Assembly: GCA_030148425.1 (NCBI GenBank)
Contig: JASBTM010000005.1
Span: forward strand, 279,671-343,670
Length of the DNA stretch: 64,000 nt
Origin: Hyphomicrobium sp.
GTDB taxonomy: Bacteria > Pseudomonadota > Alphaproteobacteria > Rhizobiales > Hyphomicrobiaceae
Reading direction: 5' to 3'
In this document: positions 9,758-18,809 of the stretch, piece by piece
How positions within the stretch are numbered: the first letter of the stretch is position 1
Layout: every line of letters starts with the position of its first letter
Position numbers and translations under genes: made by a program
The notes under the pieces: model-generated
What the model was told of the DNA's origin: nothing
What the model saw: the letters and a program-made list of their open reading frames with translations, nothing else
Database searches by the model: none

Positions 9758-11557
9758 TTATCGTCCAGCCTCGATGGCCCGGATCTCGGGAGGCGGGGCG
9801 AAGTCCTCGGGAATTCCGGCAATGCCATAACGACGGAAGAAGCGCCCGACATGCGGGCTCGCGGTCGCGACGGCAAACGGGATCGCAAGCAGATACCCGA
9901 TCGTCAGCGGCAGGCTCCAGATCAGTGTCGCCGGAGAAATGACGGCCATTGCTGCGAAGAAAAACACTCCGAACAGCAAATGGGGCCAGAGAACCTCAAA
10001 GGCCGTGCGCCACGAGATTCCAGCGCCGTCGCGTTGTTGCCCGTTCCAGGAAATCGATTTTCCGAACAACAGGGCGATCATGAAGATCGAGGTGCGAATG
10101 GTGGTGATGGCTCCCAGAAGCAGCGAGAACACAATCTCAATGATGGCGCTCAGGGAAAAACGCGCGGCGCCTCCAAAGCGCTGGACCTCTCCGCGCGTCA
10201 GAATGGCGTCGGCAATGCCGGCGAGTTTCGGGGCGAGATGCATAAGAAGAAGCGTCGCATAGAGCATCTCGACCGTATGCCAATGGAAGTCGGCGACATT
10301 TTGTGCATGAACGATCATAACCGGGAGCAAGATCGCGAACAGTGTCCAGGCAGGGACGCCGAGAAACATCAAGATCGCCCACAAAAGCTGAAAACGGCTC
10401 ACAGGCTTGAGGCCCGGCAGTCCAACCAATCTGAAATACTGCAGGTTCCCTTGGCACCAGCGGTTATCGCGGCGCATGAATTCGAGAACATCCGGTGGGT
10501 TGTCTTCGTAGGAGCCTGTCTCGACCGGCAGCACACGCACTTCATATCCGGCTTTACGCATCAAAACGGCTTCGACCTGATCATGCGACAGGATTTGCGT
10601 GCCGCCGAGAAGCCCGTCCAATTGGCAGTGATCGACGTATGGCTTGATGCGGACGAGCGCATTGTGGCCCCAGAACGGGCCGCAGTCGCCCACCCACCAC
10701 GCCTGGCCCATCGTGTAGGTCCGCATGCCGAGCCGCATGCCGAACTGGAAAATGCGTGCGAATGCCGACGATGACGGCGTTCCGACGACGAGGCTCTGGA
10801 GAATGCCGATGCGCGGGTATTTCTCCATGATGCGCACAAGATCGACGATCGACTCGCCGGTCATGAGACTGTCGGCATCGAGCGCGAGCATCAGCTCGTA
10901 ATTTCCCCCCCAACGCTCGGCGAAATCGCGAACGTTGCCCGCCTTGAAACCCTCATTATCCGTCCGGCGGCGATAGAAGATGCGCTCGTGATCCGGATCT
11001 CCGTTGCGCCAATCGGCGACGAGGTCTTCCTCGCGGGCGGCGATGTCTGGCCGGTCGCTGTCGCTCAGTATGAAATAGGAGAAGCGGGCGCCCTCGGCCG
11101 TCTGGCCGAGGCTCGCCTTCACGATCTTCAGGCGCATGAGAGCCCGGGCCGGGTCTTCGTTGCGCAACGTCATCAGCACCGCGGTGTTAACCGTAAGAGG
11201 CGTTGTGTTCGTGCCCAGCGCATAAAAAGTAGTCTCGCCGGGGCGCAGCCGTTGTCCATGAAGTTGCCAAAGGCCGATGACAGCGTTCCAAAACCCCAGA
11301 ATCGGCCAAGGAGCGCCAAGAGCCACACAGATGATCATCGCCGCCGCGACCATCGGCATGCCTTTCTGCGCCAAGACAAGGCCCGACAGAAGGACGGTCA
11401 AGAGCCACGTGCCGGCATTCAAGGCGAATACGACGCGCCTTCGCCAGGCCAGCGTCGCCCTTGCGCCGATGCCTGCGGGAGTCGTAAGGCTCTGTGCCTC
11501 GACCATCGTCACGGCATCCGATTTCGGCATTCCGTCGCGCTCGGCACCGATCGTCAT
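9758..11557 (-). CDS. opgH: Glucan biosynthesis glucosyltransferase OpgH/MdoH
   Basis: YRRRTDNEGFKAGNV, LDADSLM, FWGHNA, LSHDQVEA, RDNRWCQGNLQ; start uncertain (11557 or 11530). Confidence 0.93.
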   Translation of the reverse strand: MTIGAERDGMPKSDAVTMVEAQSLTTPAGIGARATLAWRRRVVFALNAGTWLLTVLLSGLVLAQKGMPMVAAAMIICVALGAPWPILGFWNAVIGLWQLHGQRLRPGETTFYALGTNTTPLTVNTAVLMTLRNEDPARALMRLKIVKASLGQTAEGARFSYFILSDSDRPDIAAREEDLVADWRNGDPDHERIFYRRRTDNEGFKAGNVRDFAERWGGNYELMLALDADSLMTGESIVDLVRIMEKYPRIGILQSLVVGTPSSSAFARIFQFGMRLGMRTYTMGQAWWVGDCGPFWGHNALVRIKPYVDHCQLDGLLGGTQILSHDQVEAVLMRKAGYEVRVLPVETGSYEDNPPDVLEFMRRDNRWCQGNLQYFRLVGLPGLKPVSRFQLLWAILMFLGVPAWTLFAILLPVMIVHAQNVADFHWHTVEMLYATLLLMHLAPKLAGIADAILTRGEVQRFGGAARFSLSAIIEIVFSLLLGAITTIRTSIFMIALLFGKSISWNGQQRDGAGISWRTAFEVLWPHLLFGVFFFAAMAVISPATLIWSLPLTIGYLLAIPFAVATASPHVGRFFRRYGIAGIPEDFAPPPEIRAIEAGR

Positions 11558-11576
11558 TACGGACCAATCCTTCGCA

Positions 11577-12602
11577 ATGAGTGACCCGCAGAGCCCTCTC
11601 GAATCCGGCGCCAAGCCTTCCCGCCGTAGCCAGGGCCAGATCGTGGTCGCGCGAGCGCTGTGGTACGTCAAGCCCGGTGTCGCTGAAATCCGGACCGAGC
11701 GCCTCGCGCCGCCTTCGCCAGGGCAAGCGCGCATAGCGGCGGAGTATTCCGCCGTCAGCCGCGGCACCGAGCGCCTTGTCGCTCTCGGAGAAGTTCCGGA
11801 GAGCGAATGGTCCCGAATGCGCGCACCGCTGCAGGCTGGAAGTTTCTCCTTCCCGGTCAAATACGGCTATTCGGCGACAGGCGTCGTGACGGCCGGACCG
11901 GAGGCGCTCGTCGGTAAACGCGTCTTTGTGTTGCACCCACACCAGGATCAGTTTCAGGCGCCGGAGTCGATGCTGGCGGTGTTGCCCGATGGCGTGCCGT
12001 CGCGCCGCGGCGTTCTTGCGGCCAATATGGAAACAGCGCTCAACGCGCACTGGGACGCTGGGACGGCGCTTGGCGACCGCGTGCTCGTCGTCGGCGCTGG
12101 CATCGTCGGGCTACTGACGGCCTATCTCGCTAGCCGGATCGCGGGAACGGACGTCGCCATTCTCGACGTGAACCCCGAGCGGGCCAGCTTGGCTGCCGCC
12201 CTCGGCCTCAAATTCGTATCGCCGACCGACGTGCCGCGCGACAATCGCATCGTATTCCATGCAAGCGCCACGAGTGCGGGGCTCGAGGCCGCCATTGAAG
12301 CGTGCGCCTTCGAAGGCACCGTCGTCGAGATGAGCTGGTACGGCGAGAAACCCGTCACCGTGAAGCTCGGCGGCGCATTTCACAGCCGGCGGCTGAAAAT
12401 CGTTTCTTCGCAGGTCGGGTACGTCGCGCCGAGCCATCGCGGCCAACTGAAGCATGGCGACCGCCTCGCGCGGGCCATTGCACTGCTCGATGACGACCGC
12501 CTAGATGCGCTCGTCGCGGAGGAAGTTCGCTTCGACGATCTGCCGGGTGAGTTGCCTCGCATCTGGTCTTCGTCTGCGTTGCCGCCGGTCATTCGCTATT
12601 AA
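11577..12602 (+). CDS. MDR-superfamily (Zn-ADH-like) NAD(P)-dependent dehydrogenase lacking the catalytic Zn Cys
   Basis: SAVSRGTERLV, FPVKYGYS, VGAGIVG Rossmann motif, SWYG...FHSRRL. Confidence 0.88.
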   Translation: MSDPQSPLESGAKPSRRSQGQIVVARALWYVKPGVAEIRTERLAPPSPGQARIAAEYSAVSRGTERLVALGEVPESEWSRMRAPLQAGSFSFPVKYGYSATGVVTAGPEALVGKRVFVLHPHQDQFQAPESMLAVLPDGVPSRRGVLAANMETALNAHWDAGTALGDRVLVVGAGIVGLLTAYLASRIAGTDVAILDVNPERASLAAALGLKFVSPTDVPRDNRIVFHASATSAGLEAAIEACAFEGTVVEMSWYGEKPVTVKLGGAFHSRRLKIVSSQVGYVAPSHRGQLKHGDRLARAIALLDDDRLDALVAEEVRFDDLPGELPRIWSSSALPPVIRY

Positions 12603-12623
12603 TTTCATCGGATCAAAAGCGCC

Positions 12624-13028
12624 ATGTTCTCAGTCGAAGTCCGCAACCGCATTATGATCGCCCATTCGCTGCCCGACCCGTTCTTCGGACCGGCGCAGAA
12701 CATGCACGGCGCGACGTTCGTCGTCGATGTTGCGTTCTTTCGCGAAGAGCTGACGAAGCAAAATGTCGTCGTCGATATCGGCGCGGCGCTCGACATTCTC
12801 GGGCAGACGCTCAAACCTCTCGGCTACCAGAACCTCGACACGCTGCCGCAGTTCAAGGGTAAGCTCACCACAACCGAGTTTCTGTGCAAACACATCTTCG
12901 ACGAGATCGCGGCCGCGGCGAAGTCCGGTGCCCTCGGCGACGACGGAAAGACGCTGTCGCGGATCCGCGTGACGCTGTCGGAAACCGATCTCGCGCGCGC
13001 TAGCTACGAGGGGTCCATCGGTGGCTGA
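12624..13028 (+). CDS. COG0720 T-fold protein (PTPS/QueD family), PTPS-IV subtype
   Basis: MIAHSL...FGPAQNMHGATF replaces CxxxHGH; TTTE and LSET motifs present. Confidence 0.88.
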   Translation: MFSVEVRNRIMIAHSLPDPFFGPAQNMHGATFVVDVAFFREELTKQNVVVDIGAALDILGQTLKPLGYQNLDTLPQFKGKLTTTEFLCKHIFDEIAAAAKSGALGDDGKTLSRIRVTLSETDLARASYEGSIGG

Positions 13029-14067
13029 AGCGGTATTCGCTATCCCCGGAGATTTGAAAGCGGCGACGGGCGGCTACGCCTACGATCGCCGGGTAATCGA
13101 ATTGCTACCTGACTTCGGCGTTCCGGTTTCTACTCTGGCGTTGCCAGTCTCGTTCCCGAATCCGACCGACCAGGATCTCGAAGAAACACGCCGCATCCTC
13201 GCCGCGCGAAATCCGGACTCGGTTCTGGTTGTCGACGGATTGGCGTTCGGTGCTTTTTCGGAAAGCGTTCTCGGTGCAATCAAGGGACGCGTCATCGGGC
13301 TCATCCATCATCCGCTTTTTCTAGAGACGGGCCTTCCGCACGCTCGCAAGGTGGAACTGAAAGAGAGCGAAGAACTCGCACTCAAGCGCGCGAACCACAT
13401 CGTCGTCACGAGCCGGGCAACGAAGCGCATCGTCACCTCGCACATGGCGATTTCCCCCGACAAGATCACGGTTGCAGAACCGGGCACCGATCCGGCCCAG
13501 CGCGCCACCGGAACGGGAGCGCCACTGCAGATTCTCGCGGTCGGCGCGGTGTTGCCGCGGAAGGGCTACGATCTTCTTGTCGAAGCCCTGTCACCTCTCA
13601 CGGATATCGATTGGCGGCTGACGATTGCGGGCGCGCTCGACCGGCATCCGCAGGCAGTGGAAGCGGTGCAAAACGCCATCCACACCCACGGGCTCGAAGA
13701 CCGGGTGACACTCGCGGGCAAAGTGGTGCCCGCGACGCTCGAGCGGTTCTACGAGAGCGCGGATCTCTTCGTCTCTGCGTCGTTGTTCGAAGGATATGGA
13801 ATGGTTTTGGCTGAGGCCATGTCGCGCGGGTTGCCGATTGTGCTCGCGGCTGGCGGCGCGGCTGCCGACACGGCAGGCGAAGCGGCAGCCTTGCACGTCG
13901 AGGCCGGAAACGTTCCTGAACTCACATCCGCTTTGCGGCGCGCGCTCACGGACAAGAAGCTTCGCGACCGCCTCGCTGACGCGGCTTGGGAAGCCGGACG
14001 CACGTTGCCGACATGGCATGAAACCGCGCGCCGGTTCGCCGCCGTCATTCTGGGACTTAAACCGTGA
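13021..14067 (+). CDS. Glycosyltransferase family 4
   Basis: TGGYAYDRR, PRKGYDLL, EGYGMVLAEA (Ex7E). Confidence 0.92.
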   Translation: MAEAVFAIPGDLKAATGGYAYDRRVIELLPDFGVPVSTLALPVSFPNPTDQDLEETRRILAARNPDSVLVVDGLAFGAFSESVLGAIKGRVIGLIHHPLFLETGLPHARKVELKESEELALKRANHIVVTSRATKRIVTSHMAISPDKITVAEPGTDPAQRATGTGAPLQILAVGAVLPRKGYDLLVEALSPLTDIDWRLTIAGALDRHPQAVEAVQNAIHTHGLEDRVTLAGKVVPATLERFYESADLFVSASLFEGYGMVLAEAMSRGLPIVLAAGGAAADTAGEAAALHVEAGNVPELTSALRRALTDKKLRDRLADAAWEAGRTLPTWHETARRFAAVILGLKP

Positions 14068-14897
14068 ACGATTTCTCGACCGAGTGGCTCGATCTTCGCG
14101 AGGCAGCCGATACGCGCGCGCGAAATTCCGATATCGCGAATGCCGTTGCGGCCCGCTTCACGTTACGAGATGAGCTCAATGTGGTCGATCTCGGATCGGG
14201 GACGGGAGCGAACCTCCGCGCAACGGCGCAGCTTCTCCCTCAGCGCCAAGTCTGGACCCTCGTCGACCGCGATACGACATTGCTCGACGCGGCGCGAAGC
14301 AAGCTCACGCGGTGGTCGGACCGGCACGCTATCGACGGCGATGCGCTGGAGCTTGAAAAGGGCAGCCGCAAAATCCGCGTCATCTTCAAATCCGCAGAAC
14401 TCGCGCGCGAGACGGCGGACCTCGTCGGCGGTGGCGCGCAGCTCGTAACCGCTTCTGCCTTTTTCGATCTGACGTCGGAAGCCTATATCCGCGAATTCGC
14501 GAAAGCCGTCGTCGCTGCCAACGCCGCCTTCTATGCGACGTTGAACTACAACGGGCTGCAGAAGTGGACGCCACATCGCCCGGCCGACAATCAGATCGCG
14601 GCGGCGTTTCAACGTCACCAGATGCGCGACAAGGGTTTTGGCGCGGCGGCCGGTCCGCTCGCCGCCTCGAATCTCGTCGATCAGTTCCGCATCAACGGCT
14701 ACGTGGCACTCGAAGGCGAAAGCCCGTGGCTGCTCGAACGCGCCGACCGCATGCTGATCGATGAATTGGTGCGCGGTTACACCGTTGCCGTGACGGAAGC
14801 AGGCGGCGTCGATGAAAAGACCATTCTGGCGTGGGTGAAGGTTTCGCGCAGCGGGGCGTTCATCGGCCATACCGACGTGTTCGCGACCCCTGCATAA
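14064..14897 (+). CDS. Class I SAM-dependent methyltransferase
   Basis: WLDLREAADTRAR, VDLGSGTGAN, LVTASAFFDL; GTGA overlap with the GT4 gene. Confidence 0.88.
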   Translation: MNDFSTEWLDLREAADTRARNSDIANAVAARFTLRDELNVVDLGSGTGANLRATAQLLPQRQVWTLVDRDTTLLDAARSKLTRWSDRHAIDGDALELEKGSRKIRVIFKSAELARETADLVGGGAQLVTASAFFDLTSEAYIREFAKAVVAANAAFYATLNYNGLQKWTPHRPADNQIAAAFQRHQMRDKGFGAAAGPLAASNLVDQFRINGYVALEGESPWLLERADRMLIDELVRGYTVAVTEAGGVDEKTILAWVKVSRSGAFIGHTDVFATPA

Positions 14898-14909
14898 GCC
14901 GCCGCTCGC

Positions 14910-15509
14910 TTACGCCACGCGCTTCGGGATCATCCGCTCGACCACGCGGTCGCGGCGGATGAAGCGATGATAGATCGCGGCGACGATGTGCAACGTCACG
15001 AAGCCGATGATCAGCAACGCGCCGATCTCGTGCCAATGAAATGCCTGTTTCGAAAGATCTTCGTTCTTTTCCGAAACCGCGGGCAAATGAACGCCGAAGA
15101 TGTCGAGATAATTGCCCCATGAGATCGCCGCATAGCCGATGACGGGCACCGCAATCAGCAGTGCATAGAGCCCCCAATGGACGAGATGGCTCACGCCGGT
15201 GAGGGGCGGCGGAACGGTCGGATCGGAGCGGGGTGCGCCACGCGTCAGCCGGTAGAGCAACCGCAGCACGACGAGCGCGAGCACGGTCAAGCCGATGAGC
15301 TTGTGCGAGCTGTAAAGATATCCTGTCAGCGCGTCCCATACGCCGATCACGGGCTTTCCATTCTCGTCGACCGACGGCATTTCGTTGCCGCGATACGACA
15401 TGTAGAACCCGAGCGGCAGCTGAATAAAAATCAAGAGCGCAATCAACCAATGTAGGCCACGCGCAATCGGCGTGTACGTCGGGAGATCGTATTTCGGATC
15501 TTGCGCCAT
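14910..15509 (-). CDS. Cytochrome b561 (YodB/YceJ-like)
   Basis: LHWLIA, HKLIG, HWGLY, HEIGA...LHIVAA heme His residues; 4 TM segments. Confidence 0.9.
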   Translation of the reverse strand: MAQDPKYDLPTYTPIARGLHWLIALLIFIQLPLGFYMSYRGNEMPSVDENGKPVIGVWDALTGYLYSSHKLIGLTVLALVVLRLLYRLTRGAPRSDPTVPPPLTGVSHLVHWGLYALLIAVPVIGYAAISWGNYLDIFGVHLPAVSEKNEDLSKQAFHWHEIGALLIIGFVTLHIVAAIYHRFIRRDRVVERMIPKRVA

Positions 15510-15514
15510 AGCCG

Positions 15515-16216
15515 CTAGCCTCGCCGCTGATGCCTCAGGTCACAATCGAACAGCACGTCGCCCCCGTCAAGAACGTGTACCGCCGTCGCGGGCCGCAACG
15601 CGTCATCGAGCGTCGCAATCGGCGAAAGCGTGAGCCCAGGAACGCCCGATCCTAATATCATTGGCGCGACAAGGTAATGAAGACGGTCGACGGCGCCCGC
15701 GTCTATGAAGTTCGAGACGGTCGCCGCGCCGCCCTCGATGAGAATTTTCCTGAGGCCGCGCGCGAAGAGAGCTTCCGCAATGTCGGCGGGCGCGAAGCGT
15801 TCACTCGACGATTTCACCAGCAGCGATTCCGCGCCTTCGGGGACGGTCCGCTCGCAGTTCGTCACGACAAGACACGAACTCTCGCGTACAGCGAGACAGC
15901 GGGCCGTCGCCGGAAGCCTGCCGCGCGGATCGATGATGACACGGACGGGCTGCGGACCGGGAACACGGCGGACGGTCAACAGTGGATCGTCCGCGAGAAT
16001 AGTGCCGATCCCGACGACGACGGCGTCGACGTGGGCACGAAGCCGATGCAGATGATCGAGCGCACACGGTCCGTTGATCCAGCGCGATTCACCGGACACG
16101 GTGGCGATGCGACCATCCAGAGACTGCCCAAGCTGCGCGATGATGAACGGACGGTCCGTCGCCGCCCGCAAAATAGGCTCGAATATCGCCGCTGTTTCGA
16201 CTTTGTCAGATGTCAT
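15515..16216 (-). CDS. RibD C-terminal (pyrimidine reductase) domain protein
   Basis: GQSLDGRIAT, VGIGTILADDPLLTVR, LIEGG; no deaminase domain. Confidence 0.9.
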   Translation of the reverse strand: MTSDKVETAAIFEPILRAATDRPFIIAQLGQSLDGRIATVSGESRWINGPCALDHLHRLRAHVDAVVVGIGTILADDPLLTVRRVPGPQPVRVIIDPRGRLPATARCLAVRESSCLVVTNCERTVPEGAESLLVKSSSERFAPADIAEALFARGLRKILIEGGAATVSNFIDAGAVDRLHYLVAPMILGSGVPGLTLSPIATLDDALRPATAVHVLDGGDVLFDCDLRHQRRG

Positions 16217-16324
16217 GGCATTCCGGCGTGCTATAGGATTTCGGTCCAAGCGTCGCGCTGCATGCTGTGCAATTCTTCGTCTTCACTGTCACGCCCGTCC
16301 CTCTTTTTCTCATAACATCGCAAC

Positions 16325-18103
16325 ATGACCACGAAGCCACCGCTCGGCATCATTGCAATTTACACGCGCTCCCTCGGCCTTCTGGCATCGGAGAAATATC
16401 TCGCGATCGGACTTGCCGTGGCCGGCGTGGTCATCGCCGTCACGCAACTTGCCGAACCCATCCTTTTCGGACGCGTCGTCGATGCCTTGAGCAAAGGCGA
16501 AAGCGCTTTCGTCTATATCGGACTTTGGGCCCTGTTGGGGATTTTCGGCATCGTCGCCGGAGTGGTCGTTGGCATCAACGCGGACCGCCTCGCGCATCGC
16601 CAGAAGCTTCTTCATCTCGCCAGCGTTTTTGAGAAGACGATCTCGCTGCCGCAAAGCTCGCATGCGGCGCGCGGATCGGGCGCGACGATCCGGACCATCC
16701 TGTCGGGAATGAACGCTCTGTTCTGGCTTTGGCTTGGCGTCATGCGCGAGCAGCTGGCGACGGTGTTCGGCATCATTTTGCTCGTGCCGACAGCCTTCGC
16801 GATGGACGTCCGGATGGCGACGATCCTGGTGGCGCTCGCGGGCGCCTATACGCTGATGCACGTCTTCGTCGTCAAGCGCACCGCCGTCGGCCAGGCTGCC
16901 GTCGAGGCACACGAGACGGCGCTGTCGAGCCGCGTCGTGGATGTCGTCGGCAATGTCACGGTGGTGCAGAGTTACGCGCGCCTCAAAGCCGAAGCCGATG
17001 CTCTGCGGAGCCTCGCGAACGATCTGCTCACTGCACAATATCCGGTGCTGACCTGGTGGGGTGTACTGACCGTGATGCAGCGCTCCGCTGCGACGCTGAC
17101 GATGGTCATTATCTTCACAGCCGGCGCAATTCTGGTCGGGCGCGGTGAACTCACCGTCGGCCAGATCGTCAGCTTCGTGGCGTTTGCGACGCTGCTGATC
17201 TCGAAACTCGATCAGCTTTCGGGATTTGCCGTACGCATCGACCAGCAGGCCCCGACGATCACGGCGCTGTTCGATTTGATGGACGAAGCCGGTTCCGCGA
17301 GAGATGCACCCGGTGCCAAACCGCTCGACGCGGTCGCAGGCGCTGTGACGTTCGATGACGTGAATTTCCGGTATGACGGAAGTCCGCAGGGCATCACGGA
17401 TTTGTCCTTCGCCGCGAAAGCCGGAGAGACGATCGCCTTCGTCGGGCCAACGGGTTCGGGCAAATCCACGACCATCGGCTTGCTCCAGCGTTTCCTGAAA
17501 CCGAAATCGGGACACATCCTGATCGACAATCAAGACATCGCGGGCGTCACGATTGACTCGCTTCGCAGCGCCATCGCGGTGGTGTTTCAGGACGCGGGCC
17601 TCTTCAACCGGTCGATCGGCGACAACATCCGCATCGGCAAGCCGGGCGCGACCGACGAGGAAGTCGAACGTGCGAGCCGACTCGCTGAGGCACATGACTT
17701 CATCATGCGAAAGCCCGGCGGGTATGATTTCATGATCGGCGAGCGAGGACTTGCGCTTTCGGGTGGCGAGCGTCAGCGCATCGCCATTGCGCGCGCCATT
17801 CTGAAGGATGCACCGATCCTGATCCTCGATGAGGCGACGAGTGCACTCGATTCCGAGACGGAAGCGAAGATCAAGCGGGCGCTCGACACGCTGCGCGCGG
17901 GCCGCACGACATTCGTCATCGCGCATCGCCTTTCGACGGTCGCCGACGCGGACCAGATTTTCGTGCTCGATCAGGGCAAGGTCGTCGAGCACGGTCAATT
18001 TACGGAGCTTGCGGAACAAGGGGGCCTCTTCTCGCGCCTCGTTGCCGAAGGTGGCTTCACGGTGCCGAAGACGACGGAGAAGCCGCGCGAGCCGGTGGCT
18101 TGA
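16325..18103 (+). CDS. ndvA: Glucan ABC exporter, NdvA/ChvA-like
   Basis: LAEPILFGRVVD, ADRLAHR, AQYPVLTWW, VVFQDAGLFNRSI; Walker A and LSGGERQR. Confidence 0.88.
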   Translation: MTTKPPLGIIAIYTRSLGLLASEKYLAIGLAVAGVVIAVTQLAEPILFGRVVDALSKGESAFVYIGLWALLGIFGIVAGVVVGINADRLAHRQKLLHLASVFEKTISLPQSSHAARGSGATIRTILSGMNALFWLWLGVMREQLATVFGIILLVPTAFAMDVRMATILVALAGAYTLMHVFVVKRTAVGQAAVEAHETALSSRVVDVVGNVTVVQSYARLKAEADALRSLANDLLTAQYPVLTWWGVLTVMQRSAATLTMVIIFTAGAILVGRGELTVGQIVSFVAFATLLISKLDQLSGFAVRIDQQAPTITALFDLMDEAGSARDAPGAKPLDAVAGAVTFDDVNFRYDGSPQGITDLSFAAKAGETIAFVGPTGSGKSTTIGLLQRFLKPKSGHILIDNQDIAGVTIDSLRSAIAVVFQDAGLFNRSIGDNIRIGKPGATDEEVERASRLAEAHDFIMRKPGGYDFMIGERGLALSGGERQRIAIARAILKDAPILILDEATSALDSETEAKIKRALDTLRAGRTTFVIAHRLSTVADADQIFVLDQGKVVEHGQFTELAEQGGLFSRLVAEGGFTVPKTTEKPREPVA

Positions 18104-18127
18104 GCATCAGCCTATTCGGGAAATCGT

Positions 18128-18165
18128 CCCTCACCTACCCTTCCCCGCCGCGGGAAGAAGATGGG
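18128..18165. repeat. Degenerate REP-like palindrome between convergent genes
   Basis: ccctcacctacccttccccgccgcgggaagaagatggg resembles the rhizobial CCCTCACCC..CTCCCC..GGGGAG repeats. Confidence 0.35.
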
Positions 18166-18167
18166 CG

Positions 18168-18809
18168 TCAGAGCTTGTGCGCCATACGCGCGCGCTTGGT
18201 GTCGAGATAGCGCTGATTGAACTTGTTCGGCTCAGCGACCAGCGGCAGACGCTCCGCGACGCGGATGCCGTGCTGTTTCAGCGCCTGCTCCTTCGCCGGA
18301 TTGTTCGACAGCAACTTGATCTCCGGCATAGCGAGGTCACGCAGCACGCGCGCCGTCAGGCCATAGTCGCGGCTGTCGATAGGAGCGCCGACCTCAATGT
18401 TCGCTTCGACCGTATCGAAGCCCTGATCCTGCAATGCGTAAGCCTGGATCTTCTTGAAAAGCCCGATGCCGCGACCCTCGTGATACGGCACGTAGATGAT
18501 CGCGCCGTAAGGCACCTCGGTGATGATCTTCAGCGCGGCCTGGAGTTGCTGATAGCAGTCGCAGCGGAGCGAATGGAAGATGTCGCCGGTCACGCAGCCG
18601 GAATGCACGCGAACGACCGGCGTCGGCGCGGAGCCGTTCTCAGCCGTTCGATCACGATGGATGAGCGCCAGAATCTGCTCTTCTTCGCTCTCGCCCTGAT
18701 AGGCGTGCGCTTCGAGCATCAACTCCTTGCCATGAAAGTCGATGGGAAGAATGGTCTCGACCGACCAATCGGCTGGCAGTTTCACGGACGTCAATGCACC
18801 CGACTTCAT
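18168..18809 (-). CDS. ribA: GTP cyclohydrolase II
   Basis: RVHSGCVTGDIFHSLRCDC, EGRGIGL, AYALQDQG, SNNPAK, YLDTKRARMAH. Confidence 0.92.
   Translation of the reverse strand: MKSGALTSVKLPADWSVETILPIDFHGKELMLEAHAYQGESEEEQILALIHRDRTAENGSAPTPVVRVHSGCVTGDIFHSLRCDCYQQLQAALKIITEVPYGAIIYVPYHEGRGIGLFKKIQAYALQDQGFDTVEANIEVGAPIDSRDYGLTARVLRDLAMPEIKLLSNNPAKEQALKQHGIRVAERLPLVAEPNKFNQRYLDTKRARMAHKL

Noticed and set aside
12624-18809. Canonical queuosine or riboflavin operon
   Set aside because: The PTPS lacks the QueD Cys motif, RibD lacks the deaminase domain, and no queC/E/F or ribB/E/H genes are present.
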